Assembly (NCBI GenBank): GCA_001179505.1 | Contig: CDMY01000327.1 | Location: forward strand, 1-64,000 | From: Vitrella brassicaformis CCMP3155 | Taxonomy: Eukaryota > Protista > Chromerida | Length of the DNA: 64,000 bases | Direction: 5' to 3' | Part shown: piece by piece, positions 46,456-59,119 of the stretch | Layout of the letters: each line of letters starts with the position of its first letter | Position numbering within the stretch: position 1 is the stretch's first letter | The notes under the pieces: model-generated | Told to the model about the DNA's origin: nothing | Seen by the model: only the letters and a program-made list of their open reading frames with translations | The model's database searches: none | Position numbers and translations under genes: made by a program

Positions 46456-49400
46456 ATGGCGGGCCGCAACCAGGCAAACCAACCGCAGCTGAGCCGAGGG
46501 TCTGAGAGAGCCGCCTACACACATCGACGGTGGAGAGTCGTGCTCCAGCTGCTGTTCTTGCTGCTCCTGGTGGTGCCGCTATCCGCTCAGCCTGATCTTC
46601 CCCTCCTCGGCGAGGGAGGGCTGGCAGATGTGTTCGGCAATCAGGGCGGCATCAAGCGAGACCGCCGCCCCGGCAATGGCCTCTTCGGCAGACGAAACGG
46701 CAACGCTGGCAATGATGACATCGGTGCCTTGGCTGTGGGCGGCGAAGAGGAGGACGATGAGGACACCGGAGGTGGGATTAGCAGCAGCAGCCGTCCTGGC
46801 GGCCTCTTGGGGGGCCGTCCGAACAACGTCAACAAGGCGCCGCCTCGCTCGAATGGGTTCGTGTGCATGGACCGACCCGAGGTGGAGGAGATGGGATCGA
46901 GCTGTCGGCAGATAGCCAAGAATCTCCCAGGCATCGGATGCCGTCAACTGGTGCGCGACCTGCCGCTGCCAAACGACAAGGAGCTGCCGAGAGAGCTGCC
47001 GCCCAACGCGCGAGTCGCCGACATCTGCCCCGAGACGTGCGGACTGTGCAGTGGTGTGTATACATGGATTTCGCATAGTGTCACTCACTGACTCACTCAC
47101 TCACTCACTCGCACCCGATGAACGACCCTTTTGTGTGCGTGCTCCGTGCGTGCAGAGTGTGCTGACGGCTGTGCGCTGTGGTTTCTGGGCAACGGTCTGT
47201 GTGACGAGAAGTGCTTCAATGTGGGCTGCCAGTTCGACGGAGGAGACTGCTGGAGTGAGCGGCGAGTGACGCGATGTTAGTCAAGTGATAAGCATGATGG
47301 CGTCTGTGCCGTTTGATTCAGGCCGCGACTGCACTGTGGGCGAGTGGAGCGACTGGGGCGAATGCAGCGTATCGTGCGCTGGACCCGGCACACAAACGAG
47401 AAGCAGAAAAGTCAAGGTGAAGGGCAATGGACAGACGACACAGCCAGCGACGGTGTGAGTGGTTGTTTCTGCAGGAAGAGGCCCGGAATGGCGGCGCTGA
47501 GTGTGATGACTTATCAGAGGTCAAATCAGGCTGCAACAAAGACGTCCCATGCCGTAAGCCAGACAATCAATCAATCAATCAGCACAAGCCGAATCCCAAG
47601 AAAACACACAATCACCGGTCATTTTTGCTTCTTTCTTTCTGCCTGTCTCTTCTCGTGTGAATCCAGCCGAGAATTGTCGTGTTGGCGAGTGGACAGAGTG
47701 GAGCGAGTGTTCCAAGACCTGCGGCGACGGCAAGCAGCTCCGCAACCGTGATGTCCGCAAGCCTCCTGTGGGCGGCGGAGAGGAGTGCCCACCCCTCACA
47801 GACACACGCAAGTGCCTCAGCACCCTCTGTGGTACGACGTGGAAGAGAACAGAGAGGTATATGGACAGAGTCGACGGATACGTGGCATGTCCCGTCTGCG
47901 TACAGCTGTCGATTGCCTGACGACTGAGTGGAGCGAGTGGAGCTCATGCTCAACCACATGTGGCGGAGGGCTGCGCAACAGAAAACGAAGCGTGCTGGTA
48001 GGCTGCCGGGGGGAGGGTGAATGAATGATGGCATACCAAGCATGTTTGTCATTGTCATTATATGTCAGACGGAGCCTGCGTATGGTGGTGAGAATTGCCC
48101 CATCCTCGAGGAAGAGGAGGGTTGCAACACCGAAGCATGCCGTAAGGCCATCCATTGAAGACCCACGAGCACATGGACACTTGCTGCACGGATTGACTTC
48201 TGTGTGTGCAGCTGAGGGCAGCGACGACTGCACAGCTGAAGACGGATGCAGTAAGCCGCCATGAAGCAAGAGACGTTCTTACACAACCGTCTGCACGTGT
48301 GCCGCATTTCATTCATCAGAGGTCGATTGTAAGGTGTCTTCGTGGGGTCAGTGGAGCAGCTGCACAAAGGTGTGCGAAGTGGGTGAGATCACACGGTCGC
48401 GAGCCATCACCACCAAGCCCAAGAATGGAGGCGCCAAGTGCCCGTCCCTCAAGCAGTCACGGGCGTGCCTCGTGTCTGATGACCCGTCATGCGGTACCAC
48501 CACCAGCACCACATAGCCACATGGCGCTGTTGCTACATGTTGTCTCCGCTTTCGTGCTCGATGTTCCTTCAGCGACGGACTGCAAGGTCAGCGAGTGGAG
48601 CGACTGGAGCAGCTGCAGCGCCACATGCGATGGAGGCACAAAATCGAGAGAGAGACGCGTGGAGGTCAGCCAGTCGCCTGCTGTTGATTGGAAAGTTGGT
48701 GAGATACATCCAGTCTGTCCCTTATCAGGTCGAGCCTCACTCAGGCGGCAAGCCGTGTCCCGACCTCAAAGACAGCGAGGCCTGCGGCACTGAGCCATGC
48801 GGTGAGCGAAGATGACGATTCGAGACGCACTTCCCTATGTATGTGTCACTCACCAGCTGAGCCGACGGACTGTGAGGTGTCTGATTGGACTGAATGGGGT
48901 AAATGCAACTCCCCCGAGCGTACCTGCGGCGGAGGAGTACATAAACGCACACGAAAGATCCTTGTAAGCACAGCACGCAACGACAGACAGTCAGTCTGCC
49001 TAGTAGCATGATTTCATTGCTTCCTGTCTGTATCAGGCTCCTCCAAGTGACGGTGGGCGCGTCTGCCCCTCTTCACTGGAAGAGATGAAGGGATGCAACC
49101 TATCCAGATGCCGTGAGCAACACACACTCGCATCCTAACTGCCGCACATCCATCCGCCTTGCCTCGTTCATTCCCTGTTCAGCGGGCGCCAAGTGTGAGG
49201 ACAACCCCGACGTGCCCGAGTTCACCGGCGGCGGCACATGCGAAATCCTCAAGATGCAGGGATGCGAAGAATCGCTCAAGAACATCGCCAAGAAATTCAA
49301 CAGGCCCTTCCCCAGCAACGTGCCACCCGAGACAAGAGTGCGCGACGCATGCCCCAAGACATGTGGCTTTTGTGAAGGTATTCACACAGCGACACATTCA

Positions 49401-52400
49401 CGCTAGAAATGCACTGTCTCCCTTGCACATGTCATTCGTGTGTTGTGTTTGGGCGTCCCCCCATCAGAGTGCTCTCCCGGCTGCGAGTTGCGTGATCTGG
49501 GCAACACCGTCTGTGAGAAACCGTGCGACAACGAGGCCTGCAAGTTCGACGAGGGCGACTGCCGCGGCGAGTGCAAGTTGCCTGAGATGCCCGTGTCTGT
49601 CAAGTTCTCCCCCATCCGCATGTACATCGACGCCGGCGACATGGTCACCGTCACGTGCCCGGAGTCATCGCTGAGATTTCTTGACTTCCCGGAAGAGACC
49701 AAACTGGAGCTTACCTGCCAGTCAGGGGGAGCGATCGACGATGGCGGCTTCGGCTTGAACGAGACAAACGGCACTCTCATGATCCCTCCGTGCGTCCCCG
49801 CCGCGGAGGCCACACCAGTCGGTGCGTTGGGAGCTGGGGGAGGCGCTGATTTGGAGCCGACGGAGCCCCCTCCGCCTGACGACGAGCCTATGACAAATCC
49901 CCCGGCTGCCGGCGGGTCTAAGGGTCCATCGACGGTCTTCAATGGCACAGAGCGGTACTGCGAGGACGCCCCCGAGGTGAAGGCGCTGTCGGGCTACGAC
50001 TGCAAGGAGCTGACCACCAAGCTCAACCTCCCCTGTGCGGCCCAGCTCAAGGACGTGGGCTTCAAGCCACCGCCAGGCATCCCCGACACAGCAACGGTGG
50101 ACAAGTTCTGTCCGGCCACATGCGGCAAGTGCGAGGCCACCTGCGCTGATGAGTGTCTCGACTGGTTCCTCGCCAATGCGCACTGCGATCCTGCATGCGA
50201 CAATGCCGACTGCAAGTACGACGAGGGAGACTGCAAGAAGGGTGGGAGTGGCGGCGCCAGCGGGGGTGGCGGCGCCAGCGGGGGTGACGGCGCTGTCTCG
50301 GCTCAAGGAGGGGAGAGCACCACTGGACCGCCCGTGGAAGACATTGACTGCGATATTCTGGACAACCTCGACGAGATCGAGATCCCCGAGGAGTACTCGA
50401 AGCTCGTCACTGGCGTGTGCGAGGACAGCCCCGCTGTCACGGACCTGGGCTACACGTGCGCCCTCTTCAAGACCATCTCCAAAGACGACTGCGACATGAC
50501 ATTCGGGGAGCTGCTCAAGACCATCGGCAGCGGCGACACCGTGCCAACCCTGCCACCCACTGTGCCTGAGGAGACCAAGATCGGCGACGCCTGCCCCGTC
50601 ACGTGCGAGCTGTGCAAGAAGGGCGACACGTTCCTGCCCGACATCGTGCGAGACAAGCTCGGCTGCACGTCGACGGGCAAGCCCAAGCCGACACCGAGCA
50701 AGAAACCGGGCGGAGGGTGCCGGGCCGAGGACATATCTGAGAAGGACATCCCCAAGGAGTACCGGTCGATCGTCACGGGCAAGTGCGAGGACAGCAAGAT
50801 GGTGGAGGAGCTCGGCTACAACTGCAACCTGTTCAAAACCATCGCAAAAGAAGACTGCACGAAGGACTTCGACACGCTGCTCGAGACCGTCGGAGAGGGC
50901 GCCGACGTGCCCACTCTGCCTCCCAAGGTCCCCGGCACCACCACCGTTGCGGATGCATGCCCAGTGACGTGCGGTGAGTGCACTGAAGGCGAGCCCTTCC
51001 TCCCGCCCATTGTCCGCAAGACCCTCGGCTGCGAAGACGAGCCCAGCGAGCCCAGCGAGCCCAAGGACGACGAGAAGCCGACAGAGGCCCCTGGGGAGGC
51101 GCCTGGGGACTGTGAGGACAGCCCTCTCGTGTCGTCCTTCGACATCACGTGTGAGGTCCTGTTGGTCGTTGGCACGTGCAACGACACGATCTACGAGCTG
51201 CAGAAGAAGAACAAGCCTGACGCCACCTTCCCCTCGTCCATTCCCAAGGACACCCTCGTCAAGAACGCATGTCCCAAGAGCTGCAACGACTGCTCGGCGG
51301 TGATCCCGCTGCCTGACGACTTCTCACTTGACGCCGCAGACAAGCCGCCGACAGAGACGGCGGCGCCGTGCGCTGACGACCCCCTGGTCAACCAACTGGG
51401 CTACACGTGCGACCTGCTCAAGCAGTTTTCGACGGATGGGTGCAGGAGCAAGCTGCAGGACATGCTGCCCGAGGGGCAGAGGCTGCCTGATGGTGTGCCC
51501 AAGGGCTGGACGCTGGAGGACGCATGCCCGAGGACGTGCGGAGACTGCCCTGGCGCACCGGCACCCGACACAGCAGACGCAAGTGAGTGCCCATGGCACA
51601 AGACACAAAGGGCTTGGGATGTCGAAGCTCTCTCTTTCATTGGTCTATCTCATCTATGTGTGTGCGCAGGCTGTCAGGACAACCCCATGGTTGAGAGCCT
51701 CGGCTATTCGTGCGCGCGGTTCATCGAAGTGGGAGGCCGCGGCTGCGACACACTTCTGGTTGACCTGGCCGACGGTCAGACGCCCATTGACCTACCACCG
51801 ACGGCCAAGGTCAAGGACACGTGTCCCAAATCGTGCGGTGTGTGCGGCGGCCCCTCGTGCATTGACGGCCAGCAGAATGGCAAGGAAGAGGGGGTAGACT
51901 GCGGCGGCAACTGCAAGCCATGCAGCAAGAAGGCCGGCTGTTCCATCGAGAGCCTCAAGCAGCTGGGCACGGGAGTGGCCATCAGCCGCGCCTCTGGTGG
52001 TGCAGCAGTGGAGGGGCCGCCTGGCAGAGTGGCTCACGGCACCCGCCGTGTGCTGACCTGCTTGGAGGGCTACGAGGAAGTGGGTACTGGGTGGGGCTAC
52101 GACGTTGTGACGTGTCTCGACGGCAAGTTCACGGCTCCTCGGCTGCGGTGTGAGGAGGCGAAGGCAACTGTGTATGAAGGGCGGCTCAAGATCTACGGTG
52201 CTGAGGACTTCGACGAAGTCACCATTCCATATATACACGTGAGTGGGAGGGGAGGGGAGGGGAAGGGGACGCGCCCAGAGAAGCAAGCCAGCCTACTTGC
52301 AAGCCCTTCTGTCCTTTTGTGTGCTGTGCATGTGTGTGATCAGGAGGCCCTTCGTGACGCCATGAAGCTGCAGAAGTCCGAGGTGCAGCTGGGCGCAGTG

Positions 52401-55400
52401 GTCAGCAGCCTTGCTGCCGGTTCGGACTCCTTGCCCCCGCAAGGGGAAGAGGTGGCAGACTGCGGTCTCGATAACGTCGACATCCCGCCAGAGTACAAGA
52501 AGGTCGTCACGGGCGTCTGCCAAGACAGCGACAGTGTCTCCCAGGTCAAGATCTCCGGGACCGATATCACATGTTCGCTTCTCAAGCAACTCGCGGAAGG
52601 AGACTGCTCTGAGACGCTAGGCGGCCTCATGAAGCTGGCGGGCTCCGGCGGTCCCCAGCTGCCTGACGGCGTCCCTGCAGAGACCCCCATCTTTGACGCG
52701 TGCCCGGTAACATGCGGCAAGTGCAATGACGGCGACTTTTACGTGCCGTCCATTCTGATTGAGAACATTGAGCTGCCAAAGGGATGCGAAACCCTCACGG
52801 CATCGAGGAGGCGACAGCGGCGGCGCATGCAGGAGGGTAGGGACGGGGAGTTCCTGCAGATCGTCTTCTTCCTCGACATGCCCAACAAGAAGGACAAGGA
52901 CATCCAGGCCATCGTCAGTCGACGTGTCTCGGACCAGGGCAAGTTCAACGCCAACTTCATGGACGACTTCCGCTTTCTCCTTAAGGGCTCCTCCGTCACC
53001 CTGCCGCTGGGCAACTTCACCGACCCACCATCATCCGCCGCCCAGCTCCTCATCGACCGCAAAGCCACAGCAGAGATCGACCCCCCGCAAAGACGCCGTG
53101 TGAGCAAGAAGATGTTCGAGCTAGCCTTTCCAGGTAACCTCTCCGACACCTCGTCGCCCTCGCCTTCCCCCTGGACCATCCTCAGGAGACCTGGTATCGG
53201 CAGGCCCAAGATCGGCATGCCGGGCACGTGTGGCGGGCATGGTGGCAGCAAGAGTGAGGGCGATGACGGGTTCATTCCCGAGTGCTGTGAGCTGCTGGAG
53301 TCCCTTCTGCGCTTCCTGGACGGCGAGTGCGGGGCACTCCTGTACCGCGGCGAGATGAGCAGCGCGCGCGCAAAGGCCTTCTGCGAAGGTTCGCCTGGTT
53401 CCCAGGGCCAGAACCGCGGCAGTGACAGCTGCCACGAGTCCTTCAACCAGATACTGGAGGAGTCCCACAAGTTCCGCGACTCATGCCCCGCATGGGAGCC
53501 GCTCAAGACAATGGCCGACTCGTGGTGCGCCAAGGCCCCCGACCACCACCACAAGGACGGCAAGCGGGCAGCCTACTGCTTTGGTGACATTCTCAGCGAC
53601 CAGCGAGACATGGGTTTCAAGGGTCTGGCATCACGCAACACGAAGCGATTGGACCAGATCTGTGCATCCCACAGCTGTTTCCGATCCAATGTGCGGTACA
53701 TGACTGCTGTGCGGCAGCTCGCTGAGATGGGCGGCGAGGCGGCGGACGGCGAAGCGGCCACAGAGATCGAGCAGTTGAGAGGGCCAGTGCCGGCTGAGCT
53801 GCAGGAGGCCTTTGCCCGGGAGCAAAACGGCGGCCGGCTACCCTACTATGGGCCGTTCCGCGAGGAGCTGCTGGACGTCATGTGCGTCAGGGTGGGCAAT
53901 GAGTACTGCCAGACGACTGCACTGCTGGTGGCGGACGACAACCCAATCGACAACCCCGACATCGTCCTCAACCCATGCAGCTCAAGGTGCGGCAGCACAC
54001 ACATACGGTCTCAATGACTTACTTATTGTCTGTCTCTTCTCTCTGTTGCTGCAGGTGCTTGATGCCGGTCGTCTCCCGGATGGGCACCGCTCTCACACGC
54101 CTTGGCCTTGACCGACACAGCCCCTTCCACAGGCAGCTCGGGCAGCTCCTAGTGGCCTTCAGCCGATTCGCATGCAGTCGCACCACCGAGGGATCCAGCT
54201 GCAGAGGATACCTGTTCAGCCCGGGCACGTCAGGACGCAAGGATGGGTCGGCACTCCTCGCACCTCCCAGTGTGGATGCATTCGACCTGGCGGCGTGCCG
54301 CTCGCCCTGCCCTGCATCCTACGTGGGCGACGGCCAGTGCGACGCAGCGTGCTACAGCGAGCCGTGTATGTACGACGGGGGCGACTGTCTCTTCCAGAGC
54401 ATGTTTCCCCACGTGGCCGACAACCTGCTGGGAGGCATCTCGACGCCTGAATGTCTGCCGTATGAGGAGGACTTCAACTGCCCCAAGAACACCTGCCGTC
54501 TGCAGCTCATCGACGGCCTCGACAAGAGGGGGTGCTGTGTGGCCGCCGCCATGGAGATCCTCAGGGCGGCCCTGCAGGGCGATGTGGAGCAGACCACTCT
54601 TTTCGACGCCGCCAATGTCCCTGTCTGGCAAGTCGATAGGTGGGCAGATGACAGAAAGGATGCGTCAAAGATGTACATATTCATTCACAAGTGTGTTCCG
54701 GTGTCACGTCTCAGGAGTGTGCCGTTCGTCGAGCAGAAGTGTGGGCTGAGCCTGGACAGGACATGCAGTGCCGGCCAGTCGTTCCAAGTCAAGAAGACGG
54801 ACCTGTTCATCGAGAACCTCGACCACGAGGCACTCGCCAAGAACAAGGCAGCGCTTGGCTCTCTGGAGATGCTGGTGCAGGACGTGCTGGCGGGCAAGCT
54901 GGGCACAGTCCCCACCGACATCAACCGCATCGTCTTCCGGCCCAACATGACGACGCCCAGCTCGACCAATGCAGAGGTCTACTTCCAGGTTCCCACTGGG
55001 GATGCGAACTCGTTCATCACCAAGAGACTCGAACAACAGGTAAGATCCAAGTTCAGCGGTGAATCCAGAAGCATATTTCAATGCTTGTGTCTCATGTTCC
55101 CTGTGCAGCTCCGCTCGGGCTCTGCAACGGCCGCCTTGACTGCTGCCCTGCAGCAGCTGTCATCGCTGGAGAGTCTTATGTCTGACCCCAAGAGGCCTCT
55201 CCGAGCTGGCGTCGAGCCGCAACGGACCCACGACACCCTCCTGCGATCCGCTACAGTCAACCCGCTACCCCTTTCGCTCGCCAAGGCACCGGCGATCCCC
55301 CCGGCCGGCACGCTCGGCCTGAAGGATCTGGGCATGACACTCCCTCTTGAAGCGTGCAGCGAGGAAGAGGTTGACAAGGCAGCCAAGAGCCTCAAGATCG

Positions 55401-56796
55401 ACTCCCTCAAGTCATCCGTGCGGGCTTTCAAACACACCGAGGAGAGCTCGGTGTCGTGCGCCGACGGCTATTCGGCGACGCGCGGCAAGCAGCCCGACAC
55501 TCTGCTGTGCGACAACGGCAAGCTGATCGTCAAGAATGGCCTCCTGTGTCGGCAGATGTGCAGTGGAGAGTCGCCCGAGCTGCCCTTCAACGCCACGACT
55601 CCTCCGAGGGCGCCCTTCTTGGCCCCTAACGAGGCCGGCAACGTCAGCACCGAGGGCACGGTTCGCGAGGGTGGTGGCTATCGGGCAGTGGGTGAAGGGT
55701 ACATCCACGGGTCGTCGCGGGAGGTGTCTTGCTTGAAGGGTTACACAGCTATCGAGGGCAAGGCCCCCGAGACCATCGGGTGCGTCGATGGACAGTGGCA
55801 GGAGCTCAGACTCGACTGCAGAGGTGCGCAGAAATGGTCGCAAACACACGGGGCACGCAGTCGAATTCTGTTTCCGTCGTGTCTCCGCCTTGTTCACTGT
55901 CTGCAGCCGACTGCACGGAGCTGTCTCTTGGTGACGGCTATCGCGTCGAGGGCAGTGGCCTCACCCATGGAGACACCCGCAAGATCAAGTGCTCGCCCGG
56001 CTACTTCTCGACGAAGCTTGTCGCTGCCTCCACACACACACTGTCTGTGACGGTGACGTGCCAGGACGGCTCTTGGGCACCGCCGCAGCCCATCAAGTGC
56101 GTCAAGCCCGACACGACGACGAAAACACCCAGACAGGGCTTTTTCGTCTTCCTGAGGGACCTGTTTAGCGGCAACGCGGCCGTCGGCATCGTTGTGCTCA
56201 TCGTCTTTTGCGTGGTCATGGTCATCGCGTCGCTGCTCGCCTGGAAGTACTACTTCAAGGACAAGTCCATTCGCAACCACGAGGAGCGAGAGAAGAGGAT
56301 CCAGCAGCGACACGGCACCACACCAGTGACAAGAGACGGCACCAACAATCCATCAGCAGACCTGAGGGCCGCCGGGAGCAAGACCAAGGCGCCACACAAT
56401 GCTGAGGATGACTCGCTCACTCATGCCAGTGGGGGCCCCGAGACAGACCTCCTGTCCAGTGAGGGGCGGGAGAACAATAGCGACACCAGCAGCCTCGGCC
56501 CCAGCTCTGTCCGGATGGATGAGGGATCACGGTCCACCTTGCCGAACACACGGGGCGCATCATCAAACAACAAGGCGGGGCCCGACCGTCACGTGCCCTG
56601 GGCACCTCCCAGGACGGCCACTGAGGGAGGGGCGACACTCACAGACACCGACGACGACCTGACGTCGGCGGCTCACTTCGCGAGGGAGAGGAGACGGCAC
56701 TCATGGGGACAAGACGGCACGAGCTCTGTGGGGTCGGAGTGGACAGAGTCGAGCAGTTTGGCGGATCGACACAGGCCGAGGAGGCCGCCCGTCTAG
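46456..56796 (+). CDS. Large type I membrane adhesin B, paralog of A: SP, about 9 ShKT-like, 4 LNR, 6 TSP1, 5 Sushi/CCP, 2 SEA-like, Cys-rich helical region, TM, tail
   Basis: Signal WRVVLQLLFLLLLVVPLSAQ; CMDRPEV…VADICPETCGLC; six WxxWxxC TSP1 repeats at 47.3-49.1 kb; long exons 49.47-54.0 kb; CIDGQQNGKEEGVDCGGNCKPC; TM AAVGIVVLIVFCVVMVIASLLAW; ends RRPPV*. Confidence 0.87.
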
Positions 56797-57465
56797 TGAC
56801 GAGCGGCACGGACTGTGTCTCCTGCTCCTGGTTGTTTTGTTTGTTGTATAGCAGCGCGTGTACATGTGTGCATATCAATCAGCCAGCCGTCATCGGTGTA
56901 GATAGTCAAGCATGGTATTGAATTAGAGGTCGGTTTGGGCTCTCGACAGCCAAGTTTTCGGCCTCTGTGCTTTCTCGAGAAAGGGCACCGTGCATTACGG
57001 CGGCCTAGCTTACAAAGTGTGGGCACGAGGAATGGGGCAGGGGCCAATTAGGTAGGTGTACCCTTGCGTGTGACAGATCGTATGGTGAGGTGCATGCGTC
57101 CACATTTTTTTCTTGTGTATGTGATTTGTTTTGTCACGGCCTTATTGTGAGACTCTGAAGGTCATGACTAGCTGCCGCATGTTCTTCATGTGTTTATGTC
57201 TCAATCCACACAACTTCAGCAGTGTCCTTCCATACATCCATGCAACGTCCTTGCAGGCACACAGTCCTCAGCACTTGTCACAATCGCCCCAGACACCTAC
57301 TGGCGGCTGCTTCGTCGCTATAATCCACGACTTTATACACAACCTGCAATGAACAGCTCAGATGACGGCGGCACTGTGTGTGTGTGTGTGTGTGCCGGTT
57401 TTGCTGACCAGTTTCTGTGAAGCACTCGGAAGACCGCAATCGGGACAGTGCATGCAGTGAGTCGA

Positions 57466-58819
57466 TCAGTAGAGCATTCCGCTCTCAGTTTCGCATTTTG
57501 TGCATCGACCTGCGCCGTACAGAGACCACACAGCAATGACGCTCCCGTGTAAGGGGGATTTGCGCATCTTGCTCGTCTCACAAAGGAAATGGTGCGAGCG
57601 AAAGAGGACATCCTGCACACACATGCACGATGCAGCAGAATATCTTTGCTCATCGCTTCTCGCCCTTACCCTGCGTACGTCGACCGGCCACGTGATGTCG
57701 ACGCCATAGTTGGAGACTATCTCCTCACCTGCACAGGCAAGAGCGGCAGACATGAATGGCACCGCACGTGTGTGGGTGACATACACACATACCTGTGCGG
57801 ATGTCCTTGGTGGTTGTGTAGGTCACGAGGGTGCCTTCGGTTGGTGCATAAGACACCGACACATTGGGTGCACACGAATGGTTGATCAGGCTCGCCACGG
57901 CATACATGCCTCCTCCTCCCTTGGTCGCTGCCCCCTGTGCAGGCCCATGAGCACCGTCAATATGACACAGGTTGAACAAATTGCTCTTGACAGTGGCCAC
58001 AAGACACTGATATAGCTCCACCGGCAGTTGACGTTCCCCTTCGCCAATGCCCAAGTGGTCGAGGACCTGCCGGTACTGCGACAGGATGGGCTGCATCTGC
58101 ACATTCATGGCGAGTTGCTCCATTCCGTAGGGAAGCAGACCCTCGAGAGAGGCGGCCAAAGCAGACGCCAGGCTGGCCCCATCTCTTCGCTGCGATACGA
58201 GGGCCCTCCAGAGAACCCGACAGACCAACCGTCCCTCCTGGCCATTCAACAATAATGCGGCCGTATCGTTCTGCGTGGGCTCTAGGAAGTCCACCGGTGC
58301 CCTATCATCGCCGCCATCATCCATCGCTGCATCTGCGCCAACGTAAGAGCCGACGCCCCTGACAGAGATGCGCTTCCATGCAGACGATGCCCGCAGGCTC
58401 CCATACACCCTCCGCCGCTCCCGCGAGAATCTCCCCGTGCTGTTGACCCTGTCGAGGTTCCTCCACAACTGATCTCTCCCCTTCGGTGTCGTCGACCGGC
58501 ACTCCAGCACATGGAACTCATCACGGGCCATTGAGCGGCACTTTCTGCTGCAGTAGAGCTCAGACGAGAGGCATTGCGGGCAAAGAATCAGCCGCCTGCC
58601 ACCCAAGGGACGACAGCAGTAGCTGCAAGATAATGGCGATGAGCGTGGGGGCACGGCGATCATCGACGGCTCAGAGAACAGCTGTTCGCCGGCTGTGATG
58701 TTGCGTGTTGCGACGAGTCCTCTGCCTGTGGCGGGCGAGTATGTTGGCCCCAGGGGAGCGGCGAGTGGCGAGAGGGCGCGACGCTGGTGCGCGGACAGGT
58801 GAAAGACGTCGATGACCAT
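57466..58819 (-). CDS. SET-MYND (SMYD-type) lysine methyltransferase
   Basis: GRGLVATRNITAGEQLFSEP; MYND CSYC…CPQC…YCSRKC…H…EC; ASLINHSCAPN; spliced GEEIVSNYG and post-SET HHFL|CRCTKC. The 3' end may extend further. Confidence 0.88.
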
Positions 58820-59088
58820 CGAAGGATCTGATCAGCCCTTCCCTGAACAAAGGGCAAGATGCAATCAAGTGCAGCGATTCTTGTACCTACCGTCTATCTG
58901 TGGCCGGCCAAGGTCCTTCTTACCTTCATCTGTCGTACATGGCCCTTTGTCATGCAGCGCCACCACAGCCAGGCAAAAGATCTTCAATGAATGCATTGAG
59001 ATGGCTGACTTTGTTGATTCATTCAGCGGCTCCGGCAGCGGCAAATTGGCTGGTTGGTTGTTGCGTTCGCCCCTCCATCCAAATCGGG

Positions 59089-59119
59089 CGCCCAAACCCT
59101 GACGCCCAAACCCTGACGC
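59089..59119 (+). repeat. 14-bp direct repeat (cgcccaaaccctga x2.2) immediately before ATG 59120
   Basis: cgcccaaaccctga at 59089 and 59103, then cgc, inside the 300-bp divergent intergenic region. Confidence 0.8.
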
